40,052 nucleotides of DNA, from IMG/VR virus record IMGVR_UViG_2541047786_000001; one strand, given 5' to 3'. A program made the translations under genes and the position numbers. The notes under the pieces are model-generated. The model searched no databases. It was not told where the DNA came from and was given only the letters and a program-made list of their open reading frames with translations. Each line of letters starts with the position of its first letter. Position 1 is the stretch's first letter. Positions 1 through 8,636 of the stretch are shown here, in pieces. This DNA comes from a virus (Duplodnaviria > Heunggongvirae > Uroviricota > Caudoviricetes).

Positions 1-1143
1 CTATGCTGTTTTGATATCTACGATAATCCAGTCTTTACCACGATCATCATTGTATCGGTCGGTCATTTTTCTGGATTTATGACCTAACAACTTTTGCGTA
101 TCCAGACCCTGTTCCCGATATAACCGTTCTGACAGAGATCGCTGCTCATGAAATGTGGGCGCAGTTCCTGGCTCCCATTTTATGCCACATTTTTCCCTGG
201 CCTTTTTAAAAGCCGTTGTAAGAGTATTTGCAGACACCTGGTCTCCTCTGTTTGCTTGAGAGGTAGTGTGACGGTAATGGACCAGATATTTACTAACAAC
301 AGCATCCCTGCACTGAGATATAACTTCACGAAGGGTAATATTCAGAGCATCGCATTTCAGGTTAAGCGGAATAGCAAGTTTTGAACCGGTTTTTTCCTGA
401 GTAATGTGCAACATGTCGTCCCAGATATCAGAGAATTTCAAATTGCAGATATCGCCTAAACGTTGTCCAGTGACAAGAGCAAGTAGCATCCCGCATTTTA
501 AATAGGGCTGCCGTCTGCTTACGCTGTCAAATATTGCCTGCCATTCGGGCAGTGATAATCTTTGGCGGTTTACTCGATTTCGCGGTTGTTTTGTTGCCTG
601 CGCTGGGTTAAATCCTGGCGGAACATGTCCTGCGTGTTGTGCTTCTTTGAAGACGTCGATCAACACCATTCTCACGACTTGCGCCATCCTGTTATGACCT
701 TCAGCCTTTACAGCATCAATTATTTCGGCAATATCAAGTGCGGTAATATCCTTGAGGTGTTGCATTCCACAATGCTCACGGAAAAGACGAATGGGTTTGC
801 CTTTTTGCCGATAGGAGTTGGGTCTTAGTTCATTATGTTGCAGCCTGTCCTCCTGGATAGAAATATATTTATCAAGCCATTCTGTCACCGTAATGTCTGA
901 GCGCCTGCCTTTCATTCTTTCTAGACGCTCATTGACGCTTAATATTTGTCGGGTACGTTGTTCAGCAATAATGGTATTTGCTTCAGTAGCAACTTGTTTT
1001 GCTTCATTCTCATCAGTTCCTAAGCTATGAAAACGACCGGATAGTGGATGTTTGTATTGCCAATATACCTTTCCGGTTCGCTTATCTAATTTGCAATATA
1101 AATTGGGTATAGAGATTTTGTGAGATCGGGGTCTAGCAGCCAT
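1..1143 (-). CDS. int: Phage tyrosine integrase (lambda Int family), complete
   Basis: 380-aa ORF with stop TAG at 1-3 (minus strand). Aligns by eye along its length with lambda Int, including the C-terminal HELRSL...LGHK...Y...DDRG region. Overlaps the upstream xis by 11 bp, as in lambda. Confidence 0.9.
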   Translation of the reverse strand: MAARPRSHKISIPNLYCKLDKRTGKVYWQYKHPLSGRFHSLGTDENEAKQVATEANTIIAEQRTRQILSVNERLERMKGRRSDITVTEWLDKYISIQEDRLQHNELRPNSYRQKGKPIRLFREHCGMQHLKDITALDIAEIIDAVKAEGHNRMAQVVRMVLIDVFKEAQHAGHVPPGFNPAQATKQPRNRVNRQRLSLPEWQAIFDSVSRRQPYLKCGMLLALVTGQRLGDICNLKFSDIWDDMLHITQEKTGSKLAIPLNLKCDALNITLREVISQCRDAVVSKYLVHYRHTTSQANRGDQVSANTLTTAFKKAREKCGIKWEPGTAPTFHEQRSLSERLYREQGLDTQKLLGHKSRKMTDRYNDDRGKDWIIVDIKTA

Positions 1144-1369
1144 CAGCGATTATCCGTTGGAGTTTTGGGTTTGCGTTTATTGGGAGTTGCGGTTCTGCAA
1201 GCGTTCCTACAAAACGGGAATTTCGGTCAATCATCCAGTAGCGACCAACTTTTATAGCGGGTGGGGCCATCATTTTCCCTTGCGCGTATTTTTTCAGAAC
1301 TCGCTCACTTGGTGCTAAGTCCCCAAATTCTTCTTTAGCCCAGTCCTGTAAAGTGATTAGTCGAGACAT
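1133..1369 (-). CDS. xis: Excisionase (Xis-like, winged-helix)
   Basis: 78-aa ORF directly upstream of and overlapping int. N-terminal LITLQDW resembles the lambda Xis LTLQEW motif. GGAGG ribosome-binding site 6-7 nt upstream of the ATG at 1369. Confidence 0.75.
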   Translation of the reverse strand: MSRLITLQDWAKEEFGDLAPSERVLKKYAQGKMMAPPAIKVGRYWMIDRNSRFVGTLAEPQLPINANPKLQRIIADGC

Positions 1370-1508
1370 TTGTCCTCCTCTTAGCTGCTGAGGGAGTTTG
1401 TGACCGATATATCTGACATGATATTAAGCTCATGGCAGGTACATCTCTTGACTGGTCATAGAGATAAATTTAATGCTGAGAAATGCAGTATTGAATTTAT
1501 CAATTTTT

Positions 1509-1748
1509 CTATTTCCTGCGTATGGCACGTAACTTCTTAATGTGTTCTGCTGTTTCGATCTCTTCAGCTATCCGATCTGCGTCAGCTTTATTCACAGGTT
1601 CAAAGTCATGATTAAAGCGGAACATGCTGGCGATACATGTTCTGCCTTTTCGGATGTAGTGAACTTTGTTGTGAGTGGAACGCAGGATTTTGCAGGGAGT
1701 GCCGTGGTGGTCGACGTACCAGGTGTTAGGGTAAATCACTCTGAACAT
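1509..1748 (-). CDS. Hypothetical small early-left protein
   Basis: 79-aa ORF with an AAGG ribosome-binding site about 7 nt upstream of the ATG at 1748. Same strand and operon context as neighbouring early-left genes. No recognisable motif. Confidence 0.45.
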   Translation of the reverse strand: MFRVIYPNTWYVDHHGTPCKILRSTHNKVHYIRKGRTCIASMFRFNHDFEPVNKADADRIAEEIETAEHIKKLRAIRRK

Positions 1749-1773
1749 TCTTGACCTTGTGTTGTGCGGATTG

Positions 1774-2058
1774 TTATTCAGTGCCGATATTTACCTTTAT
1801 CGCGTATACCTTTACCGGTTTATCACCGAAGTGCGGATGTGTGATTGTCTTCACTTCATATCCGTCATACGGAACATCAACTCTGCGGCTGGAATCGTCG
1901 CGCTTCGGATATCCCTTTGTGATAATCAGGCGGTCATGCTTACGGTTAACGAGGCGCTTTTTCCAGTAGTCATTACACAGGCGATACTCTTCCGTTTTCT
2001 CTCCGCGAATCATGGCATCGAAGTATTCACCTTTAACGGCAAGTTGCAGGTTAGCCAC
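1774..2058 (-). CDS. ASCH/PUA-like small protein (putative)
   Basis: The track ORF 1774-2142 has no ribosome-binding site at its first Met. An in-frame GTG at 2058 is preceded by AAGGAG with 6-nt spacing and overlaps the stop of the upstream gene (GTGGCTAA). The KGEYFDAMIRGEKTEEYR segment resembles the ASCH-domain N-terminus; the domain call is from memory. Confidence 0.5.
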   Translation of the reverse strand: MANLQLAVKGEYFDAMIRGEKTEEYRLCNDYWKKRLVNRKHDRLIITKGYPKRDDSSRRVDVPYDGYEVKTITHPHFGDKPVKVYAIKVNIGTE

Positions 2059-2791
2059 GGTTAACTCCTTGCTGTGTGGCGTCGAGTAATAAATCCCACA
2101 ACCGCTGAGAGCAATTTCCGCATGTACAGCGTTGACCCACAACGTTTATCGCGTTGCTGATTTCCGGCGTTACCTGTTTAGGAACCATAACCCAACCATC
2201 CGGAGTTACCGGAAGCGAGAACGGCAGCACATCTCTGTGAACAAGTTTTTGCTGTGACAGGTTATCCAGAACTTTCTGTACTGCTGCATCACCGAATACA
2301 CCAAGCGCATCTGCCATAACTCCTACAACCTGATAAGCCTCAGCGCATACCGTGGATAAACCATCCGGAATTACCGGAGAGTTGCCGGGTTCTTTAATGT
2401 GCAAGCGAGGCTCACCATCTTTTGGCTCAGGCCACTGGCGCTCCATGTTGATCTTCAATTTATCTTCCATAGCAACGGTAATTTCAGCATCGCTGATGCC
2501 AGCACGGCGCTGTGCATCCCACAACAGAAACTGCATATCAGCCCACTCGCTAAGATCGTCTGGTTCGGCTGCGGCTTCCAGTGCCTCTTTTGAGAGGTGT
2601 TTCAGTGGACCAATGGGGCCAACGCAGCCAAATGTGGAGTCAGACCATTTGGCATGCTCGTGGCGAATCTGTTCGCGTTCCAGTGATGCCAGTGCAATTC
2701 GTGCTAGTTCCATTTGTTCGCCACGAGTAAGCCCGTTTTCAAGCGGATTTTTAATGAACAATTCAATACGTTCTTTGGTAATAGTGGTCAT
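2051..2791 (-). CDS. Hypothetical protein with N-terminal MazG-like NTP pyrophosphohydrolase-like region (possible dATP/dGTP diphosphohydrolase family)
   Basis: 246-aa ORF. The segment KEALEAAAEPDDLSEWADMQFLLWDAQRRAGISDAEITVAMEDKLKINMERQW fits the all-alpha MazG/HisE pattern (E..E, EWAD, K..N..R.W). The C-terminal half carries a CTCGNC cysteine cluster. ATGA overlap with the downstream-of-operon gene at 2788-2791. Confidence 0.6.
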   Translation of the reverse strand: MTTITKERIELFIKNPLENGLTRGEQMELARIALASLEREQIRHEHAKWSDSTFGCVGPIGPLKHLSKEALEAAAEPDDLSEWADMQFLLWDAQRRAGISDAEITVAMEDKLKINMERQWPEPKDGEPRLHIKEPGNSPVIPDGLSTVCAEAYQVVGVMADALGVFGDAAVQKVLDNLSQQKLVHRDVLPFSLPVTPDGWVMVPKQVTPEISNAINVVGQRCTCGNCSQRLWDLLLDATQQGVNRG

Positions 2792-2997
2792 GTGTTAATC
2801 CTCAAAACTTTATGCCCGGGCGCAAAAGTACGTGTTTTGTCTTTGCTTATTCGCCACCCGTCTTTACGGGCCTCTTTTGCACAACCAGACCATGACGTAC
2901 CGATATACTCACCGAAGTCTGGCACTGGATATACACCTTCCGTACACTGGCGACAATCACAATAGAGATGCATGGTGTAACTTGCGGCAATAGCCAT
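2788..2997 (-). CDS. Small Cys-rich protein (putative zinc-binding), likely start at internal ATG 2997
   Basis: The track ORF 2788-3039 has an in-frame ATG at 2997 preceded by AAGAGAG and placed 1 nt after the TGA of the upstream remnant ORF (TGAtATG). CDCRQC plus a further Cys within 69 aa. Confidence 0.5.
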   Translation of the reverse strand: MAIAASYTMHLYCDCRQCTEGVYPVPDFGEYIGTSWSGCAKEARKDGWRISKDKTRTFAPGHKVLRINT

Positions 2998-2998
2998 A

Positions 2999-3139
2999 TC
3001 ACTCTCTTTTTCCCTGAAGCATGGCAGCGTGGCAGGCATCCTCTACGCCCTTAACTGCATCTGCGCAGTAGTTATAGCGATTGCATTCCACTAACTTCTG
3101 CCTGAGATTTTCAATTGCTTGCGCGACATCAGCCTGTAT
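2999..3139 (-). pseudogene. 3-prime remnant of an early-left gene truncated by IS911 (reads ...DVAQAIENLRQKLVECNRYNYCADAVKGVEDACHAAMLQGKRE*)
   Basis: The frame is open from the IS911 boundary at 3140 down to TGA at 2999-3001, with no start codon. Its stop is coupled to the start of the Cys-rich gene. Own translation. Confidence 0.35.
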
Positions 3140-3170
3140 TTGAAGTGGTCAACAAAAACTGGCCACCGAG

Positions 3171-4318
<1,148 letters not shown>

Positions 4319-4526
4319 TATGGCACCTGTGTTGTTCTGAGGTGAGCATATCACCTCTGTTCAGGTGGCCAAATTCAGTAAACCACTTCACTTAAATAGT
4401 GGATTGCGGTAGTAAAGATTGTGCCTGTCTTTTAACCACATCAGGCTCGGTGGTTCTCGTGTACCCCTACAACGAGAAATCGGATAAACTCTATTCACCC
4501 CTACAGAGAGCAAAAGAGAAACGCCG

Positions 4527-5108
4527 ATGAACAACTCATGGTGGCAGGAACTAATGCATTTTTTCCTGCAAGGAATGACACTTAAACAGTTGATTCATAT
4601 GCTAATCATCCTGATCATATTGATTATTGTTATGCCGGTAAGCGTAAAAGAATGGATAAACCTGCATAGTCCAGAAATCCTTCCTCATTACTGGATGTAT
4701 TACATCCTGTTGTTTTGCGTTAGCTATGTGCTTAACGGCGTTGTTAATTCCGCTTATCACGCTGTGACTGAAAGAATTGAGGTATTCGCTGCTCAGAAGC
4801 GCAAATCTAAAGAAGAAAAATATGTGCAAGATTTGTTTGATTCGTTAACTCTTGGAGAAAGAGCGTATTTGGCATTCGCTGTAGCCGCTAATAACCAGCT
4901 ACAAACGGAAAAGGGCGCTCATGAATCAATTTCATTGCTCAAAAAAGGACTCCTCGTTCGAAGGCCTCCTGCTGTTGGATATCCTGATACCGACCGTTTC
5001 GTTATCCCTGAAAGCTATAGACATGAGTGCTACATTAGGTTTGCCGGGAAGGCAGACAGCCTTATGGATGAACTTATCGCTCAGGATAAGCATGGCAAAA
5101 ACAAGTAA
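4527..5108 (+). CDS. sieB: Superinfection exclusion protein B-like inner-membrane protein
   Basis: 193-aa ORF with a strongly hydrophobic N-terminal region (LIHMLIILIILIIVMPV, YYILLFCVSYVLNGVV). Sits convergent to N in the early-left region, as sieB does in Rac. The name is from memory of SieB, not from a search. Confidence 0.6.
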   Translation: MNNSWWQELMHFFLQGMTLKQLIHMLIILIILIIVMPVSVKEWINLHSPEILPHYWMYYILLFCVSYVLNGVVNSAYHAVTERIEVFAAQKRKSKEEKYVQDLFDSLTLGERAYLAFAVAANNQLQTEKGAHESISLLKKGLLVRRPPAVGYPDTDRFVIPESYRHECYIRFAGKADSLMDELIAQDKHGKNK

Positions 5109-5124
5109 TTAGCAAATGAATTTA

Positions 5125-5397
5125 TCATCTCGCCGTCAGTTGTTTTGATTTCCGGTAGCCTGCCGCGTAAAGAGCTACGTTCGGAAGACAAGTTGAACCT
5201 TCATATTTTCTGGTCAACGTTGTCAGAGTTATCACTTCTGCTCTCATTGCTGGTTTGAGCTTGCATTGCAAGACCACTCGTGAAGGGGTTGGCCTGTGTA
5301 GCTTGTCGGAGCTGATCGCCTCCTGACTTTGCAGATTTGCGCGACGAGCTCTACGGCGAGAAGCTGCGGTGCCTTTAAATTCTGTTTTTCTGGACAT
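5125..5397 (-). CDS. N: N-like transcription antitermination protein with Arg-rich motif
   Basis: Start ATG at 5397 preceded by GGGAGG. N-terminal MSRKTEFKGTAASRRRARRANLQ is an arginine-rich motif of the kind found in lambda, P22 and phage 21 N proteins. Located downstream of pL and nutL. Confidence 0.7.
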   Translation of the reverse strand: MSRKTEFKGTAASRRRARRANLQSQEAISSDKLHRPTPSRVVLQCKLKPAMRAEVITLTTLTRKYEGSTCLPNVALYAAGYRKSKQLTAR

Positions 5398-5496
5398 GGA
5401 TTCCTCCCGAATAAACTTTGGCGATGCAATCTCGAAGCTCCTCCTGAGACGGTTGCTTCGGCATTGCATCCCACAGCTTATGTGGTTGGGTGATCT

Positions 5497-5540
5497 GGCT
5501 TTTCAGCCACGTAGTCGAGAGTCGACGTTGTTTAAAGAGC
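5497..5540 (-). promoter_or_regulatory. nutL candidate: boxA-like GCTCTTTA (5533-5540) and boxB hairpin GGCTGAAAAGCC (5497-5508)
   Basis: Read on the bottom strand. The boxB core GCTGAAAAGC is identical to the nutR candidate, and the boxA-to-boxB spacing of about 24 nt is the same at both sites. Confidence 0.5.
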
Positions 5541-5589
5541 CTGCCAGTCTGTTCCATTTGGCTTCCAGCGTCCTGCTGACGGTTAAATA

Positions 5590-5650
5590 GTACGATATGT
5601 ACTTTACAAGATCAATACAATTTGTTGTAAGTTGGCGTGGTTTTTTATAA
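5590..5650 (-). promoter_or_regulatory. Candidate pL/oL region
   Basis: On the bottom strand TTGTAT is followed by a spacer containing AAAGTACATAT. The same TTGTAT...AAAGTACATAT arrangement occurs at the cI-cro intergenic region. The operator assignment is inferred. Confidence 0.4.
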
Positions 5651-5802
5651 CGCTTTGTATTTAATAGTGTTGTTTTTTAGCGTGGATGTATTGCCTCGGC
5701 GATGTAAGGAGAGATCAGAATTGCGTGGTTTAGTGGGTTGCATCTATTTATTTTTCAATAAATATAATTGGTTATGTGTTTTTAGGTGGGCGAACGTGAG
5801 GC

Positions 5803-5828
5803 AAAGAAAACCCGGCGCTGAGGCCGGG
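5803..5828 (-). terminator. Rho-independent terminator after the cI-proximal moron operon
   Basis: Bottom-strand hairpin CCCGGC-ctcagc-GCCGGG followed by TTTTCTTTG, beginning 6 nt after the stop of the 250-aa gene. Confidence 0.55.
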
Positions 5829-5833
5829 TTGTA

Positions 5834-6586
5834 TTATGCTGCAAGTCTCTTAACCCAAGTCTCTCTTTTGGAGAATGGTAGAACTTGGCTTGATTCATGG
5901 AAGAGTAAGGAGAGTTGTTGCATTTGATCACCAATTGCTTCGCTGTCTATAACAACAAATCTGTTGTTATACTCCTCACTTGAAGCTTTAAGATCAATTA
6001 GTTTCCCAAGCAATGAGTAAGCACTATTCCAGCTTCCTCCGTGTTTCACGCTTGATGTAAAAACGTATTTAGGTATGTCGGTTTTTATTGTTACAGGGAC
6101 GGTAATTTGATGTCCACTCAAGCCATATACGTTTTCACGAAGAGAAAGTGCGTCTCTAAGCTCTGTGTGATATAGATAATCAATAACCATACTTTCAAAC
6201 TTTTCAGCTTGAACTGGCTGATACCAGTCTAACGACAAAGTTGATGCGAGTATACCAGCTCTAATTATGTTCGATGTAATCGCACCGACATCCTTTTCTG
6301 TTGCCCAAGCAATGATTTCTCCTCGAGCATTGAGTTCTGCGCCTTCTTTAAGCAGTAATTGTCGTATCTCATCAAGTCGTTTTTTGGTAAGCGAGATCCC
6401 TCTTGCCTCCATATTCATTAAGGCATCGCATCTGTCACTAACTAAATACCTACCATTGACTTCACGGATAAAGGCACCGACATGCTCTCCATCATCACAG
6501 TAAGTGAATGGACTGATAATTCTCAAGGTCTTGCCTATTGGATGGCATTCGAAACCTAGTTGTGAGATCACTGTTGAGCACATCAT
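5834..6586 (-). CDS. Unknown-function protein B of the cI-N moron operon (rexB-position gene)
   Basis: 250-aa ORF whose start ATG 6586-6584 overlaps the stop of the upstream 185-aa gene in an ATGA arrangement. AT-rich by eye. No motif I can assign and no obvious transmembrane segment. Confidence 0.75.
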   Translation of the reverse strand: MMCSTVISQLGFECHPIGKTLRIISPFTYCDDGEHVGAFIREVNGRYLVSDRCDALMNMEARGISLTKKRLDEIRQLLLKEGAELNARGEIIAWATEKDVGAITSNIIRAGILASTLSLDWYQPVQAEKFESMVIDYLYHTELRDALSLRENVYGLSGHQITVPVTIKTDIPKYVFTSSVKHGGSWNSAYSLLGKLIDLKASSEEYNNRFVVIDSEAIGDQMQQLSLLFHESSQVLPFSKRETWVKRLAA

Positions 6587-7140
6587 ATTCCAAACCCCAT
6601 TTGCCCCGACTCATCTTCAAGCGGTAAAGGTATTCTCCCAGAGTAAGTTATGTTCAGATGTTTACAGAAGTAATTCCAATACCCTACCAGGTCATCTGGG
6701 TTTATGTCATCTTCGATTGGAAACGCTATTCTATCACTATAGTATCCAGCTTCTTCATAGTATACATGGTAGTGAGCACCGTAAATGATATCTTGGTACT
6801 TCGGATGATCGACCTTGTAACTATTCGTGTGTTTGTCAAAGTGATAGGTATCTACCGCGAAAACCCTCTTGTTATGATAGAAAGCAATAATATTTATTTT
6901 AGGGTAAGAAATCGGGTCATCAGGTTCTGAATCCTGATCTGGTTTCCATTTCAGTTCAAACTTTAGCCCTTGTATAGGTATACAATCCTCATCCAAGGGG
7001 ATGATATGGGCTTGTAGCCACATATCAGAGCGACTTGGTTTCTGTTTCCATTTAACGCCAGAAAAGTTAACTATTTTTTTACAATAAAGTACTTTATCAA
7101 CTTCTACTTGGCTTGGCTGATAATCATCTATTTTTGCCAA
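6583..7140 (-). CDS. Unknown-function protein A of the cI-N moron operon (rexA-position gene)
   Basis: 185-aa ORF beginning with TTG at 7140 (MAKIDDYQ...), 40 bp downstream of the cI stop. Acidic, Tyr/His/Pro-rich (HYHVYYEEAGYY). The start codon is uncertain; the next in-frame Met is residue 40. Confidence 0.7.
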   Translation of the reverse strand: MAKIDDYQPSQVEVDKVLYCKKIVNFSGVKWKQKPSRSDMWLQAHIIPLDEDCIPIQGLKFELKWKPDQDSEPDDPISYPKINIIAFYHNKRVFAVDTYHFDKHTNSYKVDHPKYQDIIYGAHYHVYYEEAGYYSDRIAFPIEDDINPDDLVGYWNYFCKHLNITYSGRIPLPLEDESGQMGFGI

Positions 7141-7179
7141 TGTTTACCGCCCTGTAAATTGTAGATAAAAGTGGTTTCA

Positions 7180-7839
7180 TCACCCAAACGTCTCTTCAGG
7201 CCATTGGCTGGCGATAACTTTCCCCACAACGGAACAACTCTCATTGCATGGGATCATTGGGTATTGTGGGTTTAGTGGCTGTAGAAACACCTGACCGCTA
7301 TCCCTGATCAGTTTCTTGAAGGTAAATTCATCACCACCAAGTCTGGCTATGCAGAAATCGCCGGGCTCAACAGCTTGCTCAGGGTCAACCAGAATTAACA
7401 TCCCGTCAGGAAAGCTGGGTTTGGAACCTGTTGGTGCGGTCATTGAGTTACCTTCAACCTCAAGCCAGAATGCAGAGTCACTGGCTTTTTTGGTTGTGCT
7501 TACCAATCTCTCCGCATCGCCTTTGGTAAAGGTTCTGAGTTCTGGAGAGAACATCCCAGCCTGAACATGAGAAAAAACAGGGTACTCATATTGTTTTTTA
7601 ACTGGGGCCGATGAGTATTCGCCAACAGGTGAAAATGTCCCGTCGTGGTTGAATGATATGTTATCAATACCAAGGTATTTAAACACCACACCAATATCAC
7701 TAAGAGATGGATGACGAGATCCGCGCAACCAGTGTCCAATCCCACCCTGCGTCATACCTAGCTCTTCGGCTAACTTCTCTTGAGTTATGCCGAGCTCTTT
7801 CATTCTGGATCTAGCCAGTTCATACCATTTCATTTTCAT
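7180..7839 (-). CDS. cI: CI-type prophage repressor (N-terminal HTH, C-terminal LexA-like S24 autopeptidase domain)
   Basis: Start ATG 7839 (MKMKWYEL...) preceded by AAGGA. HTH segment [23 protein letters not shown]-terminal GNSM...K motif typical of the Ser/Lys dyad of RecA-stimulated self-cleaving repressors. Confidence 0.85.
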   Translation of the reverse strand: MKMKWYELARSRMKELGITQEKLAEELGMTQGGIGHWLRGSRHPSLSDIGVVFKYLGIDNISFNHDGTFSPVGEYSSAPVKKQYEYPVFSHVQAGMFSPELRTFTKGDAERLVSTTKKASDSAFWLEVEGNSMTAPTGSKPSFPDGMLILVDPEQAVEPGDFCIARLGGDEFTFKKLIRDSGQVFLQPLNPQYPMIPCNESCSVVGKVIASQWPEETFG

Positions 7840-7879
7840 GTCCTTATTATTACGCTCTGTACTGGAACCATCCATGCAC

Positions 7880-7950
7880 AATGTGTATTTTTACTTGTAT
7901 TCGCAAAGTACATATTGTATTTTTTTATTCGTGTTTACTATGGAGGGCAT
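7880..7950. promoter_or_regulatory. Candidate oR/pR/pRM region between cI and cro
   Basis: TTGTAT (7895-7900), a 17-bp spacer containing AAAGTACATAT (7905-7915), TATTTT as a -10 candidate, then GGAGGG before the cro ATG. Shares the AAAGTACATAT element with the candidate oL. Confidence 0.45.
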
Positions 7951-8166
7951 ATGAGCAACCTACGAAAATATCGAGAGTCACTGAATATCTCTCAAACAAC
8001 ACTTGCTAAGGCAGTTGGATGCACACAGGGAGCTATCGGACATTGGGAATCTGGTCGTCGCTTCCCAGACCTTAAAACATGCCGTGCTCTTGTTGCGTGC
8101 CTAAACAAGTTAGGCGCAAAAGTCAGTCTTGATGACGTGTTCCCGCCGGAACACAAAGCCGCTTAA
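7951..8166 (+). CDS. cro: Cro-like HTH repressor
   Basis: 71-aa protein from ATG 7951 with GGAGGG 3 nt upstream. HTH segment ISQTTLAKAVGCTQGAIGHWESG. Divergent from cI across the operator region. Confidence 0.75.
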   Translation: MSNLRKYRESLNISQTTLAKAVGCTQGAIGHWESGRRFPDLKTCRALVACLNKLGAKVSLDDVFPPEHKAA

Positions 8167-8176
8167 TAAGCGGATC

Positions 8177-8222
8177 CGCTCTTTGTAACAACGGACATTC
8201 GTCCTACGTCGCTGAAAAGCGA
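8177..8222 (+). promoter_or_regulatory. nutR candidate: boxA CGCTCTTT (8177-8184) and boxB hairpin TCGCTGAAAAGCGA (8209-8222)
   Basis: boxA is close to the lambda boxA CGCTCTTA. boxB is a 5-bp stem with a GAAA loop, like the lambda boxB architecture. Positioned between cro and cII as in lambda. Confidence 0.5.
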
Positions 8223-8307
8223 GTTCCAAGATATCTGACCAACTAAGGCCATATGCGTTTCCACGCATACCTTTCAACTAACTATTCACTATTGGAAATC
8301 TTAAGAA

Positions 8308-8604
8308 ATGGAAAGAACAAGTTACAGCAAACTATCACAGCGTGACGTTGATCGCGCAGAAACAGATTTACTTATCAATCTGTCAGCTATTACCCAGCGC
8401 GGTCTGGCAAAGATGATTGGCTGTCATGAATCGAAGATAAGCAGAACGGACTGGAGATTTATTGCTTCGGTCTTGTGTGCTTTCGGAATGGCATCAGACA
8501 TCAGTCCGATTAGCAGGGCTTTTAAGTATGCGCTTGATGGACTCACCAATAAAAAACGCCCGGCGGCAACCGAGCGTTCTGAACAAATCCAGATGGAATT
8601 CTGA
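8308..8604 (+). CDS. cII: CII transcriptional activator (hybrid: divergent N-terminus, lambda-identical C-terminus)
   Basis: 98 aa. The C-terminal LTNKKRPAATERSEQIQMEF matches the lambda CII C-terminus as I recall it; the N-terminal two-thirds differ. Confidence 0.85.
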   Translation: MERTSYSKLSQRDVDRAETDLLINLSAITQRGLAKMIGCHESKISRTDWRFIASVLCAFGMASDISPISRAFKYALDGLTNKKRPAATERSEQIQMEF

Positions 8605-8636
8605 GGTCATTACTGGATCAATCCACAGGAGTCATT

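Noticed and set aside
5398-5474. Longer N ORF starting at 5469, and the overlapping 76-aa ORF 5244-5474
   Set aside because: A GGGAGG ribosome-binding site sits directly before ATG 5397. The extension would overlap the nutL region. The 76-aa ORF is in another frame with no start context.
5637-5927. 96-aa plus-strand ORF across the pL/terminator region
   Set aside because: It spans the terminator hairpin and the operator region, has an implausible hydrophobic/Cys-rich composition and no ribosome-binding site. The region is better explained as regulatory DNA.
7780-7950. N-terminal extension of the cro ORF (track ORF 7780-8166, 128 aa)
   Set aside because: The extension would run across the cI start and the operator/promoter region. 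A GGAGGG ribosome-binding site precedes the internal ATG at 7951, giving a Cro-sized 71-aa HTH protein.
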